NCBI GenBank assembly: GCA_036337435.1
Contig: JAYZEG010000011.1
Location: 63,886 to 127,885, forward strand
Direction: 5' to 3'
DNA length: 64,000 nt
Source of the DNA: Myxococcota bacterium
Lineage (GTDB): Bacteria > Myxococcota_A > Bradymonadia > UBA7976 > UBA1532
Below the pieces are notes generated by a model. It ran no database searches. It was not told where the DNA came from and was given only the letters and a program-made list of their open reading frames with translations. Position numbers and translations under genes: made by a program. This document shows positions 38,341 to 48,003 of this stretch, in pieces (the stretch's first letter is position 1; the number at the start of each line of letters is the position of its first letter).

Positions 38341-40356
38341 ATGTATTGCAAAGTCGTTAAATTACTGACCTGTGTGCTGCTTCTGTCGGGGTCCATCGCA
38401 TGTTCGAATGTGATGATGGCCAAGCCGACGAGCCAGACCGATTGTATGGCTGGCCATGGGTTGGCGACAGGGGCTGGGCACGCATTAGATTGTCCGGTAA
38501 ATCCGTCGAGTACACCCGCAACACCTAAAGTTCAAACTCAGGCTGAACGCATCGCGGCTGCGTGGCCACACAGCGTGAGTGTCGGACGACCTAATCGAGG
38601 CGCATTGATCAATCCTGTTAAACTGACCAGCGATCATACGTTGTCGAGCCGCAAATATAAAAATTATGGCACCCAAGAGTTGGTCGATATCATTCGCGCG
38701 GCGACTCATGCTGTACACGCGAAGCATAAGAATAGTCCACGTATCCATGTCGGCGACCTGTCTAGAAAAAAAGGGGGTCGATTCAGACCACACGTATCAC
38801 ACCAATCTGGACGCGATGTAGACATTGGCTATTACATGCTTGAAGGACAGAGAGCCAACCGACTTCAGAAGGTGAAACGACGAAACCTAGATATTCCTCG
38901 CACTTGGACCATGATGGAATCCTTTCTCCGTAGCGGTCAAATACAGTACATGTTTTCCCACAGAGGATTTATACCTGCACTTCGCCGGTATGCGAAGCGG
39001 CAGCCTCATATTACTGAAGATGAGCTGCTAGAATGGTTCGGAAACAAAAAAAGGCGTGGCTTGATCCGACACCTCAAAGGACACGATTGCCACCTGCACA
39101 TTCGGATTTATGCTCCGGATTCACTGGCTGCCAATGAGGAATATATCCGGCGACATGGTGAAGACGCGTTACGTGCGCACATCCGATCGATACCCATTCG
39201 AAGCCGTGTTCGGCGTGGTGACACGCTCAAAAGCATTGCAGGGCGTGCGGGTATCAGCGTCAAGGAACTCAAGAAATTAAACAAGATGAAACGAAAGCCA
39301 AAGCGGTTGTATCGGGGTCGTAGATTAGTCATTGGGCATCGTCATCCATGGGATAGGCAGCCGCCTTCCTATGTCTTATATCAACGCCGACTGGCCAAAA
39401 AAGCGCGAAGGGCCAAGGCTCGAATGGCCCGTCTTCTTGTTCAAGAAACCAATGGGAACTCTGGTGTTGCCAAGCCGGTCACAACATCTCGCGATACTGA
39501 AATACAAGGCGCATCCACTCCGACTGGGCTGGCCAAATTGCCTGCTCAAGACTTGAGGCGACTTTTGGCTCTCTCTAATTTGATGGAAGCCAAAGTGGTA
39601 AATCGCCTGAAAGTAATGCGGGTTGAGGCAGTTGAACGCAAGCCGGTTGAAGCAAAGCGAATCACAATTCAAGTCATCGCGAAGCGCAATCCGTCGACTC
39701 CAGGTCCTAAACCTCAGCTTGCAACCGCTGTAACCACGCCGACGGCAGCACACGAGAAAGGTGCAACTCAGCTTACGATGGACGTTAAACGCATCGTTGG
39801 ACATCAGAGCAAGCTTGGGAAAAGTCATCAAGAAAGGGGTTTGGGTAGACCGCTCGCTTACTTTCTGAGACTCGGTCAAAATCATTGGAAACAGGGAAGA
39901 AGAACACGCATCGTAGAGCAGCCGGTGGTGGATTCTAGTCTAGTTGCCTTTTTAAAGCCTCAAATCGTGAAGGCGAAGAGTTCGGTGGGACAAGCTGTGT
40001 CTCCAGCGAAAGCCCTTGAGAAAAAAAACACCAATGCGACTCGTGACAGCGTAGCACTAAAAACTGCTGGACATGTCAAGACGGTGTCACCGATCAAAGT
40101 GAAGATGAAGCACTTACAACCGGTTCAAATTGCTCAGGCTGTAGGACCGAAGGCTACTCCGAGTATTTTGAATTACAAGGTTCAAAAGGGCGATTCACTT
40201 TGGCGGATTGCCCGAAAATTCAAGATCTCTATGCCGGAGCTCTGCCGTTCTAACCAGATTCAGCCCGATTGCAGCATCAGCGGTCTTAAGCGCGGTACGC
40301 GGGCGATCTTGCCGGGGCGAGTGTTGCAAATTGCAGCACCAAAACGCCGTGGGTAA
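38341..40356 (+). CDS. Penicillin-insensitive murein endopeptidase (MepA-like) with two LysM domains
   Basis: GDLS...GG....H.SHQ.GRDVD and H..HLH zinc motifs; VRRGDTL..IA and YKVQKGDSLWRIA LysM motifs. The start is estimated at 38341. Confidence 0.82.
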   Translation: MYCKVVKLLTCVLLLSGSIACSNVMMAKPTSQTDCMAGHGLATGAGHALDCPVNPSSTPATPKVQTQAERIAAAWPHSVSVGRPNRGALINPVKLTSDHTLSSRKYKNYGTQELVDIIRAATHAVHAKHKNSPRIHVGDLSRKKGGRFRPHVSHQSGRDVDIGYYMLEGQRANRLQKVKRRNLDIPRTWTMMESFLRSGQIQYMFSHRGFIPALRRYAKRQPHITEDELLEWFGNKKRRGLIRHLKGHDCHLHIRIYAPDSLAANEEYIRRHGEDALRAHIRSIPIRSRVRRGDTLKSIAGRAGISVKELKKLNKMKRKPKRLYRGRRLVIGHRHPWDRQPPSYVLYQRRLAKKARRAKARMARLLVQETNGNSGVAKPVTTSRDTEIQGASTPTGLAKLPAQDLRRLLALSNLMEAKVVNRLKVMRVEAVERKPVEAKRITIQVIAKRNPSTPGPKPQLATAVTTPTAAHEKGATQLTMDVKRIVGHQSKLGKSHQERGLGRPLAYFLRLGQNHWKQGRRTRIVEQPVVDSSLVAFLKPQIVKAKSSVGQAVSPAKALEKKNTNATRDSVALKTAGHVKTVSPIKVKMKHLQPVQIAQAVGPKATPSILNYKVQKGDSLWRIARKFKISMPELCRSNQIQPDCSISGLKRGTRAILPGRVLQIAAPKRRG

Positions 40357-40410
40357 GCCTCAATACGGCACTCGCTAACTTGGCGCGACGAGGCGTTTAT
40401 TGCGCTCACC

Positions 40411-42432
40411 TCAATCCTCTTCCTCACCTCCAGCGGTGGGTGCTGCCGATTCGACGAGACGCACGGAGCGGGCTGGAAGCAGCTCTCCGTTTTGACTGTG
40501 TTGCTGGTCATTCCAATTGAATACGAGAACATTGCCGTCTGACAGTGTCCAATGACTGGGGATTTGATGTCGGCTTTGCCCCTCACCATGATCGCTCAAC
40601 GAGCTGGAAAGGACGTCTGGCACGACTCGGGGCAGTCCGATAGGTTGGGCTGTCATTCCGCCGAGCGCGTAGGTAAATACGTCGCCAGTTACAGACTCGA
40701 AAAGTCTGTTTCCGAGTAGACGTAAATCATCGGATAGGATCATGGAGCCTCCGGCCAATGCGTTGGTCCAAACGCCCACCGTGCGTTCATTGTCTGGCAG
40801 CTGCCGCAGTACAATTGGGTCCGGATCGCAGGCGATAGCAAAACAATAGGGCCATCGGACGCTTAAGGTTCTCGCCACGCCTGTGATGTAGTGCCAGCTT
40901 GGTCCGATGAGTTGAACAGCAATGTTCGGTCCAAAACGCCATGAATCGAGGTGCTCGAAACCAGCGATTGGTAATGCGCCTACACCTACAATAGTCGTTT
41001 CAGGCCCAGCCGCATCTCGAATCAATTCCAATGCTAGGTTGTAGGCCTCAAGCCCTGTGACCGGTTGATGACGTCGACCCAGATGGGCTCCAACAAAAAG
41101 ATAATCGACCTTCAACAGGCTAAAGCCAGCGTTGACTAAGGCTCTAATCGTGGCTTTTAAAAAAGCGGCCGCATCGGGATGGGTGACATCCAGAATACGC
41201 ATCTCTCCATGACGGAGGTGACGGAAGCTCACATCAGCGACAAACCAGTCAGGTTCCTCAACAGCAACGGGCACGTTCGCCTTGACGAGCAAAGGTGCGA
41301 GCCAAATACCGGGCTGATAACCATTTTGATTGAGCTGGCGTGCTAATGATTCGAGTCCGCTTCCGAATTGCTCATTTGCATCCCACTCACCCCAGGCACG
41401 TTGCCAGCCATCATTAACAACGATCCGTCGGCCAACTCTCGGCCAGTTAAGCAGCATGGACATATCGGTAAATCGGTCCATATTGTCGAGAATCGATTGT
41501 TCGTCTATCCCATCCCACAATTGATACCAAGAATTCCAGCCGATCGCGGGTTGCAGGATGCTTACGTCCCGTCTGGGTAAATGTCGCCCATAATCTTCTA
41601 GTGTCTTGTTTGGGACCTGGGTAAGTGCCAAGAACCAAGATTCAAATTCAATCTCAGTGCCGTTAGCGAGCGCTCGGCTATCACCGAGTCCACCGCTGGT
41701 AATCTGTATTTGGTATCGAGGTCCGAGACCGTTGAGGCCAATCCAAGATCTAAAATACTTGGCTGTTGTGCTGCCGATTACGAGCGATACATCGGCGAAT
41801 ACGGTTGTGTGCCACCAAGAATTTTCTCGTCCAGACCGAATGACTTCCACATCGTTCAATGCCGTGAGGGCGGACACTCTCTCCCGGTTTGAGATGGTGT
41901 CTGGTATTGAAATGATGCCTGTTTGCGACCATGACTGTAGGCCGTTCGAGGACCAACCGCTCGCATTGGTAGCATCCAGAGTGCCAATCAGTCGAAACCC
42001 ATCGACGGTTTGGTCGCGAGACGAAGCAAGGCTGGGGGTGATGATTGAGCCATCGATGTGTAAACTGAGTGTCCCTAATGAGTCGAATACGCACCGATAT
42101 GTGGGGCCAGCGTGTGCCAGGCATTCATCGGGTCGCAGCCATTCATCATTGGCGCTGATCTGGGGCTCGACGGTCAGTGTTGTCGATTGGCAGTGGAGCT
42201 TAAGTGTCCGGTCCCTGAGTGACCATTTAGCCGACCGGCAGGCACCGTCAGACGGACCCGATGCACCGGGGTCTATCACTGGTGAAATGGCGTCAGGTGC
42301 GCCGTTAGAAAAGCCCATGTCAGACGAGCCATCAGTTGGCGGTAGCACTTGCCGCTGATGCGATACAGTCTCCGCACAGCCGCAGTAAAATACCAGCGGC
42401 AGCAATATGGATGACAATCTATGACGATGCAT
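40411..42432 (-). CDS. GH36 alpha-galactosidase-like exported protein with atypical catalytic residues
   Basis: GWNSWY, NDGWQ, PGIWLAP, LD.THP, LKVDY, RFGPN, DPD....R. Confidence 0.75.
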   Translation of the reverse strand: MHRHRLSSILLPLVFYCGCAETVSHQRQVLPPTDGSSDMGFSNGAPDAISPVIDPGASGPSDGACRSAKWSLRDRTLKLHCQSTTLTVEPQISANDEWLRPDECLAHAGPTYRCVFDSLGTLSLHIDGSIITPSLASSRDQTVDGFRLIGTLDATNASGWSSNGLQSWSQTGIISIPDTISNRERVSALTALNDVEVIRSGRENSWWHTTVFADVSLVIGSTTAKYFRSWIGLNGLGPRYQIQITSGGLGDSRALANGTEIEFESWFLALTQVPNKTLEDYGRHLPRRDVSILQPAIGWNSWYQLWDGIDEQSILDNMDRFTDMSMLLNWPRVGRRIVVNDGWQRAWGEWDANEQFGSGLESLARQLNQNGYQPGIWLAPLLVKANVPVAVEEPDWFVADVSFRHLRHGEMRILDVTHPDAAAFLKATIRALVNAGFSLLKVDYLFVGAHLGRRHQPVTGLEAYNLALELIRDAAGPETTIVGVGALPIAGFEHLDSWRFGPNIAVQLIGPSWHYITGVARTLSVRWPYCFAIACDPDPIVLRQLPDNERTVGVWTNALAGGSMILSDDLRLLGNRLFESVTGDVFTYALGGMTAQPIGLPRVVPDVLSSSLSDHGEGQSRHQIPSHWTLSDGNVLVFNWNDQQHSQNGELLPARSVRLVESAAPTAGGEEED

Positions 42433-42517
42433 TGCGAAGACCCAGTCTCATGAATCAGTCCACGGCGAGGGACCCCACTATCTCATGTGGTGGAAAATTA
42501 CTCTGCGTATTGGACGT

Positions 42518-43933
42518 TTATGAGCGCAAAAGACGTGGGATAGCAATCCGCTGTTCACATGGGTCCAGCAGGTCTCCGCGGCACTCAGGGACTCTTAGGT
42601 CAGGTTCTTCACCGATCCCGACTTCATCAAAGAGAGTTTGTAATACGTGCTCAGGACGAATGACTTCGCCGTCTTGATCGAACTCGCCCGTGTACAAGTT
42701 GGTTGTGGTTGGCTGCATACCCACATCGGATGACCGCCCAATGACAGTCCCGCCGCGAACGCTGCCGCCAGCCAAGAAACAGGCGTTCATGAGCGCATGG
42801 TCACGGCCTCCACGCGTGTTAATCAGAGGCGTTCTCGTAAACTCACTAAAACCGACAATCACAGTGCGGTCCAACCAAGATTCGCCACTGTCGCCGTACT
42901 GGCGTGCATCCAGTTCTTCAATGATTCTGGAGACCACTCGAAAGCCCTGCTCCTGATTTGCGCCCTGATTGGTTTGCCAATCATCGAAATGAGTGTCAAG
43001 ACCACCACAGACCGATAGGCTGACACAGCGGCTGATGCCTGTTGTGATTGCTTGTACGGCCATCGCCCCACGAACCTCAGGGCTGTTGGTTTGATTCTGA
43101 TTGAATCCAAACCGAGTCCGCAGAGCTTGCATCTCCAGAGTGTTAGCTCGAAAATCGAAAGCGTCGCCATAGTTACCGACGACCATTTCTCGCGCCTTTT
43201 TTCGAGACGCTTCAGCTGACTGCCACAGTGACGACCGTTGACTGCGAGGACAAAGGGCTGCATCGCTCAAACGCGCATTCAACTGTTGCATGACCCGTGC
43301 ACTGACGTTTGGTTCTGCAGGGCGTAGTGCCCTCAAAAGATCGCTCACGCTGTTGGCACTGAGTGCCGTCGCGTAATTTTCTAAGCCTTTGTTGTACGAT
43401 TCGACTTGCACAGCCAGATTTGGAATAGGCTCTTGGCCGCCAAAGTGACTTGCAAGCCATGTGGCTGCCGACGACCCCCGAGCTTGCAGACCACTTGGGG
43501 CTTTTCCGGTGAGAAAGCGTCGTCGGCCGACCTCGTGGGTCAGCGTATCCATACTCATCCCACGGACAACGCTGATGCGACTTGCGTGATTTGCAAGCTC
43601 ACCAATATGTGGACCGAATGTGATGCCACCCGATTCGATCAGGCGTCCGTCTGTGTTTTGTAAGAGCTCATAACCCGGCTGTATCTGCGTCGACCGCAAA
43701 TTGCCGTTGGTGAAGACAGCAGGGTCTCTCGGATCCAGGGAGAGCAGAACATCCCATCCGCCCGGAAAATAACAAAAAATATAGTACCGGTCGGGGGCAT
43801 CAGGATGATGACTCTGCGCGTGGGACAAGGGCGTAAAATTGGGCCAGAGGCTAAAACTCGTCGCAGCACCAGTCGCGGCCAATGTTTGCAAGAAGCGACG
43901 CCGCCCAATCAGATTCTTTGTCTGCTTTTTCAT
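42518..43933 (-). CDS. DUF1501 family Tat-exported protein
   Basis: GRRRFL Tat signal; F.GGWD, DTH, SEF.RTP..N..GGRDH, GG.V.GG..IG. Confidence 0.88.
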   Translation of the reverse strand: MKKQTKNLIGRRRFLQTLAATGAATSFSLWPNFTPLSHAQSHHPDAPDRYYIFCYFPGGWDVLLSLDPRDPAVFTNGNLRSTQIQPGYELLQNTDGRLIESGGITFGPHIGELANHASRISVVRGMSMDTLTHEVGRRRFLTGKAPSGLQARGSSAATWLASHFGGQEPIPNLAVQVESYNKGLENYATALSANSVSDLLRALRPAEPNVSARVMQQLNARLSDAALCPRSQRSSLWQSAEASRKKAREMVVGNYGDAFDFRANTLEMQALRTRFGFNQNQTNSPEVRGAMAVQAITTGISRCVSLSVCGGLDTHFDDWQTNQGANQEQGFRVVSRIIEELDARQYGDSGESWLDRTVIVGFSEFTRTPLINTRGGRDHALMNACFLAGGSVRGGTVIGRSSDVGMQPTTTNLYTGEFDQDGEVIRPEHVLQTLFDEVGIGEEPDLRVPECRGDLLDPCEQRIAIPRLLRS

Positions 43934-43943
43934 GGCGAACCCC

Positions 43944-44702
43944 CTAGTACGAATAGAAGTCAGGATGAGTGAACAAAGCGACACACACGGCGTGCCAGGT
44001 TTGTTCTTCGGTCTCAGCAACGTGCCTCAGAGACTCAACAAACCAGCGCCATTGTGCCAAGTCGTTTGAGCTGTCATCCAGCAGCCGATTATGAAAACGG
44101 CGAACCAGGTTGCTCAGATGCCCGTTGATGGTCATGTCTGACTGGCGGTCGAAGAGTAGAATTGGATTTTCTTCCCCGCGAGCTGAATCTCGCGCGATCA
44201 TCTTCTGACAGACCTGGCGTGCCGCATCATCTAAAAATTTCTGAAAAAGAGCCGTTGGCTCCAAGGCTTCGTTGGTGACTTGGATAAAATCTGGCTTTCC
44301 CAAAGTGGCCGATAACGTCTGAAAGAGTGACACATCGTTCCCATTTCGCCGTTCCGTCCAATTTAGGCTACCGCTCACGCGTAGGAAGGCGGCTTCTAAC
44401 TGATCCAGGTTCATTCGACGCCTGGAACGGCCTGGCTCCACGACCACGTCTGGTTCTTTCAGGTCAACGCCCGTTGATGGACCCCAGTGGCCATCGGTCA
44501 TGGTCACCTGTGGTGTATTGCGTTGGTCGCCGTTCCCATCTGAGGACATGGACGGCATTGGTTGCGGCCGCGGTTCTGGAGTTTGGCTTGTTTCAGGGCT
44601 CGGTTCAGGGCGCTCAACCGCTGTGTTCCCAGACTCGGTCGTTTGCGGACTGGAGTCGCATGCCCAAACCGCGAAGATGCTGAGGACGAGTAGGATTCTC
44701 AT
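43944..44702 (-). CDS. Hypothetical lipoprotein of the DUF1501 operon
   Basis: Lipobox VWA-C; RRM..DQL, TLG.PDF, C-terminal W..VC.AL..HPDF..Y. Confidence 0.75.
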   Translation of the reverse strand: MRILLVLSIFAVWACDSSPQTTESGNTAVERPEPSPETSQTPEPRPQPMPSMSSDGNGDQRNTPQVTMTDGHWGPSTGVDLKEPDVVVEPGRSRRRMNLDQLEAAFLRVSGSLNWTERRNGNDVSLFQTLSATLGKPDFIQVTNEALEPTALFQKFLDDAARQVCQKMIARDSARGEENPILLFDRQSDMTINGHLSNLVRRFHNRLLDDSSNDLAQWRWFVESLRHVAETEEQTWHAVCVALFTHPDFYSY

Positions 44703-46273
44703 CGGACCCTCCTGTATCGAGGACTCATTACGATTTGTTTGACTAACGCTTGGTAGCTGAGATCGCTGAAAACGAATTGCCTGGCCAATTCGTCAACCCA
44801 CTGGACGTCTTCATCCCCGGCGATTCCTTGGCCCAACAGCCATTCGGCTGCTCGCCGCGCGACACAACCGGGCATCCGATTGTCCGTCACGGTCGATAAA
44901 GCGAGCAGCTTCGGTCCGACCTCGACGTTTCGGACATGATCCGCTCGCCTAAATTTATACGCATTGAGCATGCCCAAGAAATCATCCTCTGCGGGCGCGA
45001 ATGATTGAATGGCATAGAAGTTTCTACATTCGCGATTACAGGATTGCCCACGGAGGGCGCAGGCTTCACAGTCACCGCGCGTTGCTGGGAAATCTTCCGG
45101 TGTCAAATACCCAACACCTTGTTCGGTCCATCGACCCCAGTGCGCTGCAGCCGGTTCAAGCAAAGCGTGACAATATTTGCAACCAGCGCGCAATTGGAGG
45201 TCTGGGTTTCGTGCGCTTTCTTCATCGGCAACTGGCAGACCTCCGTCCGGAGGATTGAACGGTTGGCATAAGAACGCATCGTAGAAGCGGTTGGCTCGTG
45301 AGCGATTGGTCTGAAAACGAAGTAAGAATGCGGTTCGGGTAAGAACACCGGCATGAGATTCAGGTAATTCAACTTCGCGCCAGGCATCCCTGGCTGTGTA
45401 GGGCATAGGCATCAATGTGTCTTTGTTCAAGGGGGCCGGTTCGAAAACAAGACCGGCATTGGCCCCCGTTTGGTTCAACCAAAAATAAGTAAGTGGACCG
45501 TTAATGAAACCCATGCGGCTCGTGAAGAGGTCTGTGTATGGCCGATTGCCTCGAAAAATTGAAAACATGAATCGGTCTAGAGCTTCGCCCATTGACTCTG
45601 TGATGCTGCGCTGCTCTTGGCCCGTCGTACACCATCTTAGGCTCGGTCCGCACCCACAAGCCGTATCTGACGTACCAGATTGCAGTCGACACTCAGCACC
45701 GCCCTCCGAAACCAGTCGGTCTTGAGCGTCGAAAGCACAGATGCGTACAGGCTCTCGGTCCGCACTCCAGTACGGAATGATTTCGACATACCCTTCGATC
45801 CCGTTTTCATCCGTGATGATCGAGCCATCTGCACTAAACTGCGCAGGTTCGTCCCGACACGGTACGGACTGTCCTCGATAGCGCATGGCACGGTTTCGAA
45901 TCCATAAGATACCGTTTTGGCGGCCCAACCTAAAACCTGCACTGAATAGGTTGATGTTGCTCACATTGTTCCAGAGCAACTTCCGATGAAAGCGGACAGC
46001 TTGAGTTGCGAATGCATCGGACTGTAACCAGTCATCGATGAGGCTTTCCGGCACTTCGCCTTGCTCCTGAACTAACTGGAGTTCATCGAGAGTGGGTACT
46101 GTACCACGAAGGTCTAAACTCAGTGCCCTGAGGTAGCGTAACGGCTCCATGAATTCCAGTGCGGGGTCACACGCCAGAACACCAAGCGACGTTGGTTCTG
46201 TTGGACTCGTCTGACTATGCCCGCAGAGTGGCATTAATGTGAGTATGACTGTCAGGAACACGTTGTATTTCAT
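44699..46273 (-). CDS. DUF1585/DUF1588-like exported protein with haem-c motif
   Basis: LR.LSLDLRG..P, HAGVLT..AFL.RF.TNR.RAN, CKYCH..LEP, C-terminal L.KQIV.S..Y. Confidence 0.75.
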   Translation of the reverse strand: MKYNVFLTVILTLMPLCGHSQTSPTEPTSLGVLACDPALEFMEPLRYLRALSLDLRGTVPTLDELQLVQEQGEVPESLIDDWLQSDAFATQAVRFHRKLLWNNVSNINLFSAGFRLGRQNGILWIRNRAMRYRGQSVPCRDEPAQFSADGSIITDENGIEGYVEIIPYWSADREPVRICAFDAQDRLVSEGGAECRLQSGTSDTACGCGPSLRWCTTGQEQRSITESMGEALDRFMFSIFRGNRPYTDLFTSRMGFINGPLTYFWLNQTGANAGLVFEPAPLNKDTLMPMPYTARDAWREVELPESHAGVLTRTAFLLRFQTNRSRANRFYDAFLCQPFNPPDGGLPVADEESARNPDLQLRAGCKYCHALLEPAAAHWGRWTEQGVGYLTPEDFPATRGDCEACALRGQSCNRECRNFYAIQSFAPAEDDFLGMLNAYKFRRADHVRNVEVGPKLLALSTVTDNRMPGCVARRAAEWLLGQGIAGDEDVQWVDELARQFVFSDLSYQALVKQIVMSPRYRRVR

Positions 46274-46276
46274 GTG

Positions 46277-47788
46277 CTACTCCAAAAAGTCCGATTCTTG
46301 CCAGCCCCGCACCAGCTCGATGAGTTCATCGCTGAGTCGTGGCAGACCGTAAGGCATTCGCCCTGTCTCGATGTCGTCTATGATCCAAGTGATTTCTGCC
46401 ACCCAAGTGTCTCGCGACACCATTCGATGGGCAGAGCCGCCATCGCCGTGACACCCGATACAGTAGGTCTGAGAGATTGGTTCTATATCAGCAGTCCAGG
46501 TTGGAGGCCCCCAGAATTCGATGGTTTGTTCTAGTGCGAGCCCATCCATGTATTGAATTTCGATGGTGAGCCGGTGCTGACCGGGTCCCACTTGCATTGG
46601 GTCAAGCTCGATCAACCAGCCCTCCGTCGCATCGATTGCGAGCTCTACTGTCTCATTCAATGTTGCCTTAACTGCATCAACAGCATCGGTTTCACTCGGG
46701 GCGATAGTGACCGCTCTCTGCGTCGTCAGGCGGTCATCACTGGCCAAGCCGTCGATGATCACGAAGCGCTGACCAAGCACTTTCTCGATACCGTTTGCTG
46801 TACCCAGATAGAGAGCACCGCTTGTATCGGTCCTCAGCACTGAGTGGACGGGTGCCTGCGGGCGTTCGCGCAACGCATCCCCGTCCCATTGGTAAAGAGC
46901 AAACCCCGAACTCAACCAAAGATTGTCACTGTTCGGACTGCCTAAACCACTGGATGCCTGAACGGGTTTAGACCAGGCGGTGATGTTCCCCTCAGGACCA
47001 ACCAATTGAAGTTCAGAGCCTGTCGCAACCCACAGCCCGGCTGTCGTTGTGGTAATCCAATCGAGCGTTGTCTCCCATTGGAAATGCCATGTCTGTGTTT
47101 CGCCGACGCCCAGCAGTGTCCGTCCGTCACTCAGCCAAAGGACATCTTCGTTTTGATAACGACCAATTGCGGCCCGTGCATCTTGGAACGACAGATCAGA
47201 ATCAGAGATTGTTTGACGCCTCAAATCCCCCCGTCGCCAATGACTCACACCATCTTCATCCAATAGCCAAAGCCCGCCTTTTTGATCGGACATAATTTCT
47301 TGGATCTGCCCGAGAGCGTCAATGAGGGGGGAGGCGTCGAGCTGATTGGTTGCAGCGACGAACAGACCGGTCGTGGTAAGAAGCACGATTTCGTTATCGA
47401 CCAGCGCAGCGGATTTCAAATCGCCCTCAGCGAAACCCAACGAAATCGTTTCATCGGCAGTTTGCATCCAAAACTGTTGACCATCGCTGTAGACCAAGCT
47501 GCCATCTGATAATACATCCCAAGCCGTCGGTATCGCGTCGAGCAGGCGTCGCGGACTGGCCGCTGCCGCTGCTTGAGTTGGCAGTTGATCATCTACCGGA
47601 TCCTCAATCGCCACATCGGGCGCGGGGCTTTGATCGAGGGAGACCTCAGCGTCCAAGGCCATGTCGACGCCCGCATCGGCCATCGAAGGCGTACCGGCGT
47701 CGTCGCCACTCTCCGAACAGGCCAGGCAAAAGCTACAGAGCAATACAACCCCGCTCAATAGACTTAATTTTGAAATCAGTTTCATCAT
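46277..47788 (-). CDS. Lipoprotein: beta-propeller, Ig-like domain and C-terminal monohaem cytochrome c
   Basis: Lipobox CLA-C; G.LW repeats; PTW..DI.PI....CIGCH....G.MP. Start at about 47788. Confidence 0.75.
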   Translation of the reverse strand: MMKLISKLSLLSGVVLLCSFCLACSESGDDAGTPSMADAGVDMALDAEVSLDQSPAPDVAIEDPVDDQLPTQAAAAASPRRLLDAIPTAWDVLSDGSLVYSDGQQFWMQTADETISLGFAEGDLKSAALVDNEIVLLTTTGLFVAATNQLDASPLIDALGQIQEIMSDQKGGLWLLDEDGVSHWRRGDLRRQTISDSDLSFQDARAAIGRYQNEDVLWLSDGRTLLGVGETQTWHFQWETTLDWITTTTAGLWVATGSELQLVGPEGNITAWSKPVQASSGLGSPNSDNLWLSSGFALYQWDGDALRERPQAPVHSVLRTDTSGALYLGTANGIEKVLGQRFVIIDGLASDDRLTTQRAVTIAPSETDAVDAVKATLNETVELAIDATEGWLIELDPMQVGPGQHRLTIEIQYMDGLALEQTIEFWGPPTWTADIEPISQTYCIGCHGDGGSAHRMVSRDTWVAEITWIIDDIETGRMPYGLPRLSDELIELVRGWQESDFLE

Positions 47789-48003
47789 CTTCACAACGTA
47801 TAGACGCAGTCCACAATCAGTATTTAACCACATTGATGTCGGCAAGTTGCCCTTCCCTGACGCCAAACCTGTCCCCGCAGGTATACCCCATTCGGCTCGA
47901 AAGAGGGTCCGAGGGAGATTGTAGCATATCGTTCGATCTAATTCGTGCCAAAATGCTCGGCCTTCGTTATTGTCATCGCACACGCAACACGGGGGATGTC
48001 TGC

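Noticed and set aside
47578..48003. Apparent overlap of the 1467-aa and 568-aa ORFs
   Set aside because: The signal peptides start at 48004 (+) and 47788 (-), so the extensions are spurious and the region is a divergent promoter.
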